Assembly (NCBI GenBank): GCA_016219065.1
Contig: JACRCK010000092.1
Location: 1 to 58,878 of the forward strand
DNA length: 58,878 nucleotides
Direction of reading: 5' to 3'
From: Deltaproteobacteria bacterium
GTDB taxonomy: Bacteria > Desulfobacterota > RBG-13-43-22
The position numbers and the translations under genes are program-made. The notes below the pieces were generated by a model, which was not told where the DNA came from, made no database searches, and was given only the letters and a program-made list of their open reading frames with translations. Shown one piece after another: positions 48,529 to 57,181 of the stretch (within the stretch, counting starts at the first letter, position 1; the number at the start of each line of letters is the position of its first letter).

Positions 48529-48603
48529 GTGATGGAGTGATGGAGTATTGGAGTGATGGAATGGCGGCCATTACTCCAATACTCCATTACTCCAATACTC
48601 CCC
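48529..48603. repeat. Family B palindrome, copy B4
   Basis: GTGATGGAGTGATGGAGTATTGGAGTGATGGAATGG ... CCATTACTCCAATACTCCATTACTCCAATACTCCCC. It lies between cbiX and cbiM. Confidence 0.9.
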
Positions 48604-48622
48604 TGCTACGGAATGGCTTTTC

Positions 48623-49381
48623 ATGAAGATCATAAAAACATTGGGCCGGTTGTCTCTCCTGCTGTTCATTGAGTGGCAGGTGACCGTTTCCAGCGCCCGG
48701 GCCATGCACATTTCCGAGGGTCTCCTGCCCTTCGATTGGGCCGTTTTCTGGTCCCTGGCCGCCCTGCCCTTCCTGGCCTACGGACTTTACCGGCTGAAAA
48801 AACGGGCCCTGGCGGATCTGGCCCTCAAACCGCTGGTAGGACTGCTGGCCGCTTTCGTTTTCATCATCTCCTGTATGCCGGTCCCGGTCCCCACGGCCGG
48901 AACCTGTTCCCATCCCTGCGGAACCGGGCTGTCCGGGATCCTGGTCGGGCCGGGCATCAGCTTCCTGATCGCCACGGTCGCCCTGCTCATCCAGGCCCTG
49001 TTTCTGGCCCACGGCGGATTGAGCACTTTGGGCGCCAATGTCATCACCATGGGCATCATGGGCTCGCTGGCCGGTTACTTTACTTTTCGACTTTTGAGAA
49101 CGTTCCGGGTAAACTTGGGAATGGCGGGGTTTTTGGCCGGGTTGCTGGCCGACTGGGCCACCTACGGCACGACGGCGGTGGTGCTGACGTTGGGTATCCG
49201 GGGGGAGGATCCTTTTTATCCGCTGCTGCTGAAAATCCTGATCGCCTTCATCCCCACCCAGCTTCCCCTCGGGATACTGGAAGGGGCCATGACCGCCGGG
49301 ATGGTGCTGCTGCTCTCCAAGAAACGGCCTGACCTGCTGGTGAAAATGCGGGTCTTGAAAACATCGGAAGTGGCCCCATGA
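48623..49381 (+). CDS. cbiM: Cobalt ECF transporter substrate-capture component CbiM
   Basis: 252 aa with a signal-like N-terminus, then MHISEGLLP, the hallmark mature N-terminus. Multiple TM segments. Confidence 0.9.
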   Translation: MKIIKTLGRLSLLLFIEWQVTVSSARAMHISEGLLPFDWAVFWSLAALPFLAYGLYRLKKRALADLALKPLVGLLAAFVFIISCMPVPVPTAGTCSHPCGTGLSGILVGPGISFLIATVALLIQALFLAHGGLSTLGANVITMGIMGSLAGYFTFRLLRTFRVNLGMAGFLAGLLADWATYGTTAVVLTLGIRGEDPFYPLLLKILIAFIPTQLPLGILEGAMTAGMVLLLSKKRPDLLVKMRVLKTSEVAP

Positions 49382-49689
49382 AAAATCGAAAGGCTGGGCA
49401 GGTTTTAACCCTCTTCCTCCTTCTCTTTTTCGTTTCCGCCGCCTGGATTTTGGCTGAAGAAAAGGAGGGGAAATGGTCCGGCGTTGACGAAACGGTCATT
49501 GAAAAATACGCTAAAAACCAAGGCCGGGAGGCCCAAACCCCTCTGATCGATACCGACCAGGGCGATCTCCTGCTTTTCCTCTTTCTGCTGGCCGGAGCCG
49601 TCGGCGGATTTGTGGCGGGATATTATTGGCGCCTGCTGATGAGTGAAAAAAAACCGAAGCTGAATAAAGAGCCGCAAAGGTTGCACTAA
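49378..49689 (+). CDS. cbiN: Cobalt transport protein CbiN-like (two TM segments)
   Basis: 103 aa with ATGA overlap to cbiM. One TM segment at each end. Position between cbiM and cbiQ. Confidence 0.7.
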   Translation: MKNRKAGQVLTLFLLLFFVSAAWILAEEKEGKWSGVDETVIEKYAKNQGREAQTPLIDTDQGDLLLFLFLLAGAVGGFVAGYYWRLLMSEKKPKLNKEPQRLH

Positions 49690-50447
49690 TGGAAATCCTA
49701 TCCGAATATCTCCAGACCGACCACTGGCTTTCCCGGGTGGACCCCAGGCTGAAACTGGGAGTGGCCCTGATCCTCCTGGTCCTGGTGCTGACCCATCAGG
49801 GTTTTATTTTCCCCTGGCTGATTACGGCCGCCGCCCTGGTCCTGTTGTTTCAAATGCGCATCCCCTTTAAAGCCTATCTGATCCGGCTCCTGGAGCCGCT
49901 GTTCATTATCTTCATGTTGGTCCTGCTGAAGACGTTATTCACCGGACAGGACGTACTCGCTTCCTTTTCATTGTGGGGCTGGACCCTGGCGGTGCATCCG
50001 GACGGTCTGCTGGAAGGGCTGCGCCTCGGCAGCCGGATTATCGGGGCCGTTTCCATCGTGACCATCCTCAGCTTCTGTACTTCCTTCACGCATTTCATGG
50101 CCGGCCTGTCCTGGTTCAAAGTACCCCAGAGCCTGATCGAAATTCTGATGTTCGCCTACCGCTATATCTTTGTCCTTTTGGAAGAAGCCCAGGTGATCTA
50201 CCAGGCCCAGAAAAACCGCTTCGGCTATGTCACCCTGGCCCGGGGGTTTCAATCTTTCGGCACCCTGACCGGCTCTCTGATCCTCAAGGTTTTCGAACAC
50301 AGCCAGAACGTTTCGGTTTCCATGGTCCAGCGCGGCTACGACGGCAACCTGCCCCTGATGAAACACCGATCTTTTAAAAGAGGAGAAATTCTAGCTTCCT
50401 GCGGCTGGGTCGCGGTTTTCGGGATCTTATGGAAAATAACACGGTAA
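49689..50447 (+). CDS. cbiQ: ECF transporter transmembrane component CbiQ
   Basis: 252 aa, polytopic, with the ...AYRYIFVLLEE...QAQKNRFG motif region typical of CbiQ/EcfT. Confidence 0.85.
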   Translation: MEILSEYLQTDHWLSRVDPRLKLGVALILLVLVLTHQGFIFPWLITAAALVLLFQMRIPFKAYLIRLLEPLFIIFMLVLLKTLFTGQDVLASFSLWGWTLAVHPDGLLEGLRLGSRIIGAVSIVTILSFCTSFTHFMAGLSWFKVPQSLIEILMFAYRYIFVLLEEAQVIYQAQKNRFGYVTLARGFQSFGTLTGSLILKVFEHSQNVSVSMVQRGYDGNLPLMKHRSFKRGEILASCGWVAVFGILWKITR

Positions 50448-51316
50448 GGATCTCGGCCCGCAACATCTCCTACGACTACCCCGACGGTACCAGCGCCCTG
50501 GCCGACATCAACCTGGCGGTGCAGCCGGGGGAATTCATCGGCCTCCTGGGGGCCAACGGTTCCGGCAAAACGACCCTGCTGAAAATCCTCGATGGCTTGA
50601 TCCGGGACTTCAAGGGCCGCGTGACGCTGGATGGGGCCGATATCAAGCGACTGTCGGCCAAAGAGATCTACGGCAAGATGGGTATGGTCTTTCAAAACCC
50701 CGACGATCAACTCTTCGCCTCCACGGTCTTCGAAGACGTGGCCTTCGGGCCCATCAACATGGGCTTCCCGGAGGCTGAGGTTAAAGCGCGGGTCACCCGG
50801 GCGCTGGCCGACGTGGAGATGGAAGGGTTCGCGAAAAAATCGATCCACCACCTGAGCTTCGGGCAGAAAAAAAGGATCTGCATCGCCGGTCTGCTGGCCA
50901 TGGGGCACGAAGTTCTCCTCCTCGATGAACCCACGGCCGGCTTGGACCCCATGGGTGAATATAAGATGATGAACCTGCTGACCAAGCTGAATCGGGAATG
51001 CCGGGTTACCATCGTCATGGCCACCCACAGCGTCGACCTGGTGCCTATTTTTCTGGACCGGCTCTATATCCTGCGGCAAGGGCGGATCGTCCGGGGCGGC
51101 ACGCCGGAAGAGGTGCTGACGGCCCCCGAGGAGATGACCCAGGTCAAACTGCGGCTGCCCCAGATCGCCGAACTCATTTACCGGCTGAAACACGAGGATC
51201 ATATCCCCTTCCGGAAGATCCCGCTGACTATCGGCGAAGCCCGGCGGGAATTGCTGCAAATGCTGCGCCCGAAAGACCGGACCGCCGCGCCGGAGAATAC
51301 GAAACCCGGCCTATGA
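50429..51316 (+). CDS. cbiO: ECF/ABC transporter ATP-binding protein CbiO
   Basis: 295 aa with Walker A GANGSGKTT, signature LSFGQKKR, and Walker B LLLDEPT. Confidence 0.9.
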   Translation: MENNTVRISARNISYDYPDGTSALADINLAVQPGEFIGLLGANGSGKTTLLKILDGLIRDFKGRVTLDGADIKRLSAKEIYGKMGMVFQNPDDQLFASTVFEDVAFGPINMGFPEAEVKARVTRALADVEMEGFAKKSIHHLSFGQKKRICIAGLLAMGHEVLLLDEPTAGLDPMGEYKMMNLLTKLNRECRVTIVMATHSVDLVPIFLDRLYILRQGRIVRGGTPEEVLTAPEEMTQVKLRLPQIAELIYRLKHEDHIPFRKIPLTIGEARRELLQMLRPKDRTAAPENTKPGL

Positions 51317-52365
51317 CGCTCCGATCAGGCTATACGACCGGAACCTGTGCCGCTGCCGCCGCCAAAGCGGCGATCTTGCTGCTGACCGGCGCCGGAACCG
51401 TTAAGGAAGTGGAAATCAAACTGCCGGACGGAGAGCTCGTGCGATTTCCGGTGGTCTGGAGCCGGAGCGATCCGGAAAAGGCCGAGGCCGCCGTTCGCAA
51501 GGACGCCGGCGATGACCCGGATATTACCCACCAGGCGGTCATCAGGGCGCGGGTTGAATGGATACCGGGAGGAGAGGTGGAATTCCGGGCGGGAGCAGGA
51601 GTCGGCGTCGTCACCAGGCCGGGATTGGCGATCCCTCCCGGGGAAGCGGCCATCAATCCCGTGCCCCGGAGAATGATCCGGGATGCCGTCCGGGAAGTCA
51701 CCGCTCAAGGCGCGCGGGTGACGGTCTCCATTCCCGACGGGGAGGCCCTGGCGGCCAAGACCTTCAATCCCAAACTGGGTGTGGTGGGCGGGCTTTCCAT
51801 CCTGGGCACCACCGGCCGGGTCCGGCCTTTCAGTTGCCCGGCCCTGCAGGAATCGCTGCGCTGCGCGCTCCAGGTGGCCCTGGCCCTGGCTATCAAAAAT
51901 CCGGTGTACGTCCCCGGACATATCGGGGAGCGGGCCGCCCACCGGCATTTCCGGCTCCAACCCGAGCAGGTCGTCGAAGTCAGCAACGAATGGGGCTATA
52001 TGCTGGAACAAGCGGTAAAAGAAAAAATTCCCCGGTTGTTGGTTCTGGGTCACCCCGGCAAGCTGGTGAAACTGGCCGCAGGCCAGTGGGATACCCATTC
52101 GGCCCGGTCGGGAAGCGCCCTGCCTTTCGTCCGGGAAACGGCGGCCCGCTATTTTCCGGGATCGGCGCCGGACAGTACCACAGTGGAGGGATTTCTGGCC
52201 GACTGGCCGAACGCTACCCGGCAGGATTTAGGCAACCGTCTGGCGGAGGGGATTCTGGAAACGGTGGTTGAAAAAACCGCCCGGGAGATCGAAATGGCCG
52301 TATTCCTGATCACCCTGCAAGGGGACCGGCTGGGCAGCGCCGGAGATTTAACCCCGTGGAAGTAA
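51313..52365 (+). CDS. cbiD: Cobalt-precorrin-5B (C1)-methyltransferase
   Basis: Internal ATG of ORF 50998..52365, overlapping the cbiO stop (ATGA). Contains MTLRSGYTTGTCAAAAAKAA, DAGDDPDITH and AINPVPRRMI. Confidence 0.9.
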   Translation: MTLRSGYTTGTCAAAAAKAAILLLTGAGTVKEVEIKLPDGELVRFPVVWSRSDPEKAEAAVRKDAGDDPDITHQAVIRARVEWIPGGEVEFRAGAGVGVVTRPGLAIPPGEAAINPVPRRMIRDAVREVTAQGARVTVSIPDGEALAAKTFNPKLGVVGGLSILGTTGRVRPFSCPALQESLRCALQVALALAIKNPVYVPGHIGERAAHRHFRLQPEQVVEVSNEWGYMLEQAVKEKIPRLLVLGHPGKLVKLAAGQWDTHSARSGSALPFVRETAARYFPGSAPDSTTVEGFLADWPNATRQDLGNRLAEGILETVVEKTAREIEMAVFLITLQGDRLGSAGDLTPWK

Positions 52366-52982
52366 ATCCACCCCTCACCATCGTGGGTTGTGGGCCCGGG
52401 GACCCGGATTACCTGACGCCCGCGGCCGACAAGGCGGTTGCCGAAGCGGAAGTCCTGGTCGGGACGCAACGCCTTTTGGACCTCTTTCCCCGGCATCCGG
52501 GCGAAAAGATACCGGTGGGCGTCAATATCGATGACGTGTTGGAGGCCGTAGCTGACCGGGTTCAACGAACAATCGCCATCCTGGTCACCGGGGATCCCGG
52601 TCTGGCCAGCCTGGCCCGACCGGTCATCCGGCGCTTCGGACGGGAGCGCTGCCGGATCATCCCGGGAATAAGCTCCCTCCAGGTAGCCTTCTCCCGGCTG
52701 GGACTGGACTGGCTGGACGCCCGGATTATCGACGCCCACGGAAAGGACCCGGACCTGGGGAACGACGCCTTAAACCGGCCGTCCAAGATCGCCGTCCTGG
52801 GAGGGCGGCCCCAGTCTTTCGAATGGCTGCAGCGGGAACTGGGCGACCGGCTGGACGATTTTCAGGTCACCATCTGTGAAGACCTGACCCTGGCCGGCGA
52901 ACGGATTACGCCCTGGCAGCCGGGGACCGTGCTGGACCGGGAGCTGTCGTCCAGGGTGATCTTTATTTTGGTACGGAAATAA
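52356..52982 (+). CDS. cbiE: Cobalt-precorrin-7 (C5)-methyltransferase CbiE
   Basis: 208 aa with a GTG start overlapping the cbiD end. Contains IVGCGPGDPDYLTPAA...VTGDPG. No adjacent cbiT. Confidence 0.8.
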   Translation: MEVNPPLTIVGCGPGDPDYLTPAADKAVAEAEVLVGTQRLLDLFPRHPGEKIPVGVNIDDVLEAVADRVQRTIAILVTGDPGLASLARPVIRRFGRERCRIIPGISSLQVAFSRLGLDWLDARIIDAHGKDPDLGNDALNRPSKIAVLGGRPQSFEWLQRELGDRLDDFQVTICEDLTLAGERITPWQPGTVLDRELSSRVIFILVRK

Positions 52983-53027
52983 AGACGAACGTCCAACATT
53001 CAACATTCAACGTCCAACATCGAATTT
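52981..53027 (-). repeat. Family A heptamer array, copy A7 (inverted)
   Basis: AAAGACGAACGTCCAACATTCAACATTCAACGTCCAACATCGAATTT. It begins inside the cbiE TAA stop codon. Confidence 0.9.
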
Positions 53028-53032
53028 AACAA

Positions 53033-53102
53033 CGTAGGGCGGTCGGCGGGGACGCTGAGCGTCCAGAACTTGCGTTCCCGCGCAGAGCAGGGGAACGATA
53101 AA
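53033..53102. repeat. Family G GC-rich module adjoining A7
   Basis: CGTAGGGCGGTCGGCGGGGACGCTGAGCGTCCAGAAC...GTTCCCGCGCAGAGCAGGGGAACGATAAAAAA. Confidence 0.8.
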
Positions 53103-53106
53103 AAAA

Positions 53107-53140
53107 ATCAATAATCAATTGTCAATTGTCAATTGTTAAC
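53107..53140. repeat. Family C AT-rich array, copy C5
   Basis: ATCAATAATCAATTGTCAATTGTCAATTGTTAAC, 20 nt upstream of cbiL. Confidence 0.8.
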
Positions 53141-53160
53141 GGGAAGGAATAAGAATCATA

Positions 53161-53928
53161 ATGACATCTCAGCAAACCAGGAAAACCGGGACTCTGTACG
53201 GGATCGGGGTCGGCCCCGGGGATCCCGAACTGATGACCTTGAAAGGGGCCCGGGTGCTCCGGGAGTGCCGCCGGGTGTTCGTCCCCAAGGCCCGCGATGA
53301 AGGCGACAGCGCCGCCCTGTCCATAGCCGGGGACCTGCTGCGCTCCGATGCCCGGATCCAGGAACTGGTGTTCCCTATGGTTACCGACCGGCAGGAACTG
53401 GCCCGGCGCTGGCAGGAATCCGCCCGAGAGTTGGCCGGGGTGCTACAATCCGGAGAAGATGCCTGCTTTCTGACCCTGGGCGATCCCCTGCTCTATTCCA
53501 CCTATATCTATCTCCTGCGGGCCTTGCGCGGCCTCCTGCCGGAGGCGAAGGTGGTGACCGTTCCGGGAGTGACGGCCTTCAGTGCCGCCGCCGCCCTGAC
53601 CGACTTCCCGGTGGGTGAGGCCAAGGACCCGGTGACCATCGTGCCCGCCGCCGACGACCTGCGGGCCGTGGAAGAGGCCTTGGACCGGGGCGGCACGGTC
53701 GTTCTGATGAAGGTCGGCAAGCGCCTGGAAAAGATACTGGACCTGCTGCAGGCCAGGGACCTGATCGATCAGGCGGTTTTTGTGGCCCGGGCCGGTCAAC
53801 CCGCCCAGCGCCTGGAGACGGACCTGCGGAAATTGCGGGAGGAAGGACCGGAAGCGGGGTACCTGTCGATCATTCTGGTACATGCCGGAAAAAGAAAATC
53901 CGAAACTCGGATTTCGAATTTAGCTTAG
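53161..53928 (+). CDS. cbiL: Cobalt-factor II / precorrin-2 C20-methyltransferase
   Basis: 255 aa with GTLYGIGVGPGDPELMTLKGARVL and FLTLGDPLLYSTY. Confidence 0.85.
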   Translation: MTSQQTRKTGTLYGIGVGPGDPELMTLKGARVLRECRRVFVPKARDEGDSAALSIAGDLLRSDARIQELVFPMVTDRQELARRWQESARELAGVLQSGEDACFLTLGDPLLYSTYIYLLRALRGLLPEAKVVTVPGVTAFSAAAALTDFPVGEAKDPVTIVPAADDLRAVEEALDRGGTVVLMKVGKRLEKILDLLQARDLIDQAVFVARAGQPAQRLETDLRKLREEGPEAGYLSIILVHAGKRKSETRISNLA

Positions 53929-53942
53929 TAAGAGGTATAACT

Positions 53943-54701
53943 ATGAAGGTTTATTTTGTAGGTTCCGGGCCCGGAGACCCGGAACTGCTGACCCTGAAAG
54001 GGGACCGGATATTGCGTAGCTGCCGCTGCTGCATCTACGCCGGTTCCCTGGTCAACCCGGAAATCCTTGAGCGCCTGCCGCCAGACGCCGAGCGCCACGA
54101 TTCCGCAGGCATGGATCTGCCGGAGATCATCGAGGTCATGGAACAGGGCCGGGCCCGGGGGATCGACGTGGTCCGCCTCCATTCCGGAGACCCGTCCATC
54201 TACGGCGCCATCCGGGAACAGATGAACGAACTGGATCGACGGGACATCGCCTACGAAGTCGTGCCGGGCGTCAGTTCCTTTCAGGCGGCCGCCGCCGCCC
54301 TGCCGGCGGAGTTGACCGCCCCGGAAATCTCCCAGACCATTATCCTGACCCGGGCCTCGGGCCGCACCCCGGTGCCGCCCGAGCAGGAATTAAGCGAACT
54401 GGGGCGCACCCGGGCCACCCTCTGCATCTTCCTGTCCGTGGACCAGGTGGAAAGGGTCCCCGCCGCTCTGATTCCCCATTACGGAGCGGATTGCCCGGCG
54501 GCCGTGGTCTATCGGGCCTCCTGGCCGGATCAAAAGACGATCCGCGGCACTTTGAACGACATTGCCGGACAGGTCAAAAACGCAAGCATCAAAAAAACGG
54601 CCTTGATCCTGGTCGGTCAGGCCCTGGCCCGGGACCTGCCGGTCTCCAAGCTGTATGACCGGGAATTTTCGCACGGCTACCGCCAGGGCCGTAGCGGATG
54701 A
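53943..54701 (+). CDS. cbiF: Cobalt-precorrin-4 C11-methyltransferase
   Basis: 252 aa with MKVYFVGSGPGDPELLTLKG, IYAGSLVNPEIL and RLHSGDPSIYGAI. Confidence 0.9.
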   Translation: MKVYFVGSGPGDPELLTLKGDRILRSCRCCIYAGSLVNPEILERLPPDAERHDSAGMDLPEIIEVMEQGRARGIDVVRLHSGDPSIYGAIREQMNELDRRDIAYEVVPGVSSFQAAAAALPAELTAPEISQTIILTRASGRTPVPPEQELSELGRTRATLCIFLSVDQVERVPAALIPHYGADCPAAVVYRASWPDQKTIRGTLNDIAGQVKNASIKKTALILVGQALARDLPVSKLYDREFSHGYRQGRSG

Positions 54702-55498
54702 AAGTCGCCTTGATCAGCCTCTCTGCGGAGGGCGCCCGGCTGCTGCGGCGGCTGGCGCCCCATTTTCCCGAGGCCCGGATTTTTCTCCATGACAAAATCC
54801 GGACCGATCTCGAGGGAAAAAGATTCGGACAGATCATCCTGCTGATCAAGGAAATATTTACCCAATTTGACGGATTGGTTTTTGTCATGCCCACCGGGGT
54901 GGTCGTACGGGCCGTGGCCCCCTTGATCAAACATAAAACCCGCGACCCCGCGGTCGTCGTGGTCGATGTGGGAGGCCGTTTTGCTATCAGCCTGCTGAGC
55001 GGCCATGAAGGCGGCGCCAATGACCTGGCCGTCACCGTGGGCAATATCCTGGGCGCCGAACCGGTCGTCACCACCACCACCGAGGCCCTGAAACAGGTGA
55101 TCGTCGGGGTGGGCTGCCGCAAAGGGGTGTCGGCCGGAAAAATTCTACAGGCCATAGAAACCGCCCTGGCCGAGGCCGGGGTTAAAAGGGAAGAAATCCG
55201 CTGGCTGGCTTCGGCCGATGTCAAGGCCGAAGAAGCCGGACTGATCCAGGCCGCCCAGGCTTTGGGCGTTCCGTTGCGTCTGGTGGACTCGGAGGAAATC
55301 CGCCGGTCCAGCAAACCCTTTCAGCATTCCGAATTCGTCCAGGAAAAAGTGAACGTGCCGGCCGTCGCCGAAGCGGCGGCGCTGCTGGCCGGAAGGAGGA
55401 CCCGATTAATTCTGCCCAAGAAAGCCGGCGACGGGGTGACCGTGGCCCTGGCCCGGGAAAACTTTTTGTGGTCGGAATCGGCCCCGGAGGACCGTTAG
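54698..55498 (+). CDS. cbiG: Cobalt-precorrin-5A hydrolase
   Basis: 266 aa with ATGA overlap to cbiF. Contains PTGVVVRAVAPLIKHKTRDPAVVVVDVGGRFAISLLSGHEGGANDLA. Confidence 0.85.
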   Translation: MKVALISLSAEGARLLRRLAPHFPEARIFLHDKIRTDLEGKRFGQIILLIKEIFTQFDGLVFVMPTGVVVRAVAPLIKHKTRDPAVVVVDVGGRFAISLLSGHEGGANDLAVTVGNILGAEPVVTTTTEALKQVIVGVGCRKGVSAGKILQAIETALAEAGVKREEIRWLASADVKAEEAGLIQAAQALGVPLRLVDSEEIRRSSKPFQHSEFVQEKVNVPAVAEAAALLAGRRTRLILPKKAGDGVTVALARENFLWSESAPEDR

Positions 55499-56184
55499 AC
55501 CGGACCCGGCGGGCCGAACAGGCGATCAAGGAGAGCGGGGTCATCGTTGGCTACACCCGTTATCTGGAACTCATCTCCGACCTGACCGGGGATAAACGAC
55601 TGGTCTCTTCCGGCATGCGCCAGGAGACCGAACGGTGCCGGAAGGCCCTGGAAATGGCCCGTTCCGGTGAGACCGTCGCCCTCATCTCCTCCGGGGATTC
55701 GGGGATCTACGGCATGGCCGGTCTGGCCCTGGAATTGAACACCGCCGAAAATTTTTCGGTCCCCATCGAGATCGTCCCCGGGCTGACGGCCGGCGGCGCC
55801 GCCGCAGCCCGGATGGGAGCGCCCCTGATGCTGGACTACGCCACCATCAGCCTGAGCGACCTGCTGGTGCCCTGGGAAACCATCCGCCGGCGACTGGAAG
55901 CGGTGGCTGCCGCCGACCTGGTTACGGTCCTCTACAATCCCAAAAGCAAGAAGCGGGTCAAACAGTTGGCGGAGGCCGTGGCCATCTTCGCCGGGCACCG
56001 GCCGGGAACGACCCCGGTGGGGATCGGGACTGCGGTGGGCACGGACGAGGAAGAGATAACCCTGACCGACCTGGACCACGTTCTGGACCAGGAAATCGGC
56101 ATGCGCAGCCTGCTCATCATCGGTAACACCTCCTCGAAAAAAATGCTGAACTGGTTCGTCACCCCGAGGGGGTATACGGTTTGA
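55468..56184 (+). CDS. cbiH: Cobalt-factor III / precorrin-3B C17-methyltransferase
   Basis: 238 aa from the first in-frame start codon (GTG), with VGIGPGG...IVGYTRYLELI...SSGDSGIYGMAG. The conserved N-terminal residues GKLF lie upstream of that start (see findings). Confidence 0.85.
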   Translation: MVGIGPGGPLDRTRRAEQAIKESGVIVGYTRYLELISDLTGDKRLVSSGMRQETERCRKALEMARSGETVALISSGDSGIYGMAGLALELNTAENFSVPIEIVPGLTAGGAAAARMGAPLMLDYATISLSDLLVPWETIRRRLEAVAAADLVTVLYNPKSKKRVKQLAEAVAIFAGHRPGTTPVGIGTAVGTDEEEITLTDLDHVLDQEIGMRSLLIIGNTSSKKMLNWFVTPRGYTV

Positions 56185-56410
56185 GGAACAGGATCAAGAC
56201 CCAAGGAAAAACCTATCGTTCGCGAAGCGACGGCATCTTTTGCTTTTTCGGGGGCTTTCCCGATCTTTGGACCTTTGCGGTGTAATCCCCGTTACTCATC
56301 TTTCTCTGCGATCTCTGCGCGCTCTGTGAAAGTTTGTCTTGGTCCGCCTTTGTCTGTGTGTGTCTGTGGCAAAAAATGTTTCTAACCCTTTGCTTTCTGC
56401 CCTCAACTCC

Positions 56411-57181
56411 ATGCCAAAAACCATCCTCCTCTTAGGCGGAACCAGCGAAACCGTTTCCCTGGCCGAAGCCCTGGCCGCCGCGGATTTTGTGGTGCTGGTG
56501 TCCACCGCCACCGCTATTCCCCTGAACATCGGCCGTCACCCCCATATCCGCAGGAGAAGCGGCCCGCTGGATGAGGCGCAACTGGTTGACCTGATCCAGG
56601 CCGAGGACATCCGGGCCATCCTCGACGCCACCCATCCCTACGCCGAACTCATCGGCCGCCAGGCCCGCGCCGTTTCCCAAAAACGAAACCTCCCCTACTT
56701 CCGCTGGCTCCGCCCGGCCGCTCTTTCAGAATCGACCGACGTCTTGGCTGTAGCCGACCATACCGCAGCAGCCGCCCTGGCCTTTTCCTTCGGCTCTCCG
56801 GTCCTTTTAACCATTGGCTCCAGGAACCTGGAACCCTACGTCCGCGAAAGCCGCCGAACCGGTATCCCGGTTGTCGCCCGCGTTCTGGACCATCCCGAAT
56901 CCCGGGCCGTCTGCCAAAAACGGGGACTTCCGGAAGAGGCCGTCCTCGCCGAAAAAGGTCCCTTTTCGGTCGATGAAAATCAAACTGTCCTACGGAATTA
57001 TCGTATCAGGGTTCTGGTAACCAAGGACAGTGGAGCCGCGGGTGGCGTACCGGAAAAGCTGGAGGCGGCAAGGTTAGCGGGTTGCCGGGTAATCGTAGTC
57101 CGCCGCCCGGAACCGCCGGAGGATCATTTCAGCAAGGTGGAGGGGCTCATGGCCGCATTGATAGAGGCCTTGGGGCCCTAA
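56411..57181 (+). CDS. cbiJ: Cobalt-precorrin-6A reductase
   Basis: Internal ATG (MPKTILLLGGTSE...). Contains DATHPYA and VLVTKDSGAAGG. Confidence 0.85.
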   Translation: MPKTILLLGGTSETVSLAEALAAADFVVLVSTATAIPLNIGRHPHIRRRSGPLDEAQLVDLIQAEDIRAILDATHPYAELIGRQARAVSQKRNLPYFRWLRPAALSESTDVLAVADHTAAAALAFSFGSPVLLTIGSRNLEPYVRESRRTGIPVVARVLDHPESRAVCQKRGLPEEAVLAEKGPFSVDENQTVLRNYRIRVLVTKDSGAAGGVPEKLEAARLAGCRVIVVRRPEPPEDHFSKVEGLMAALIEALGP

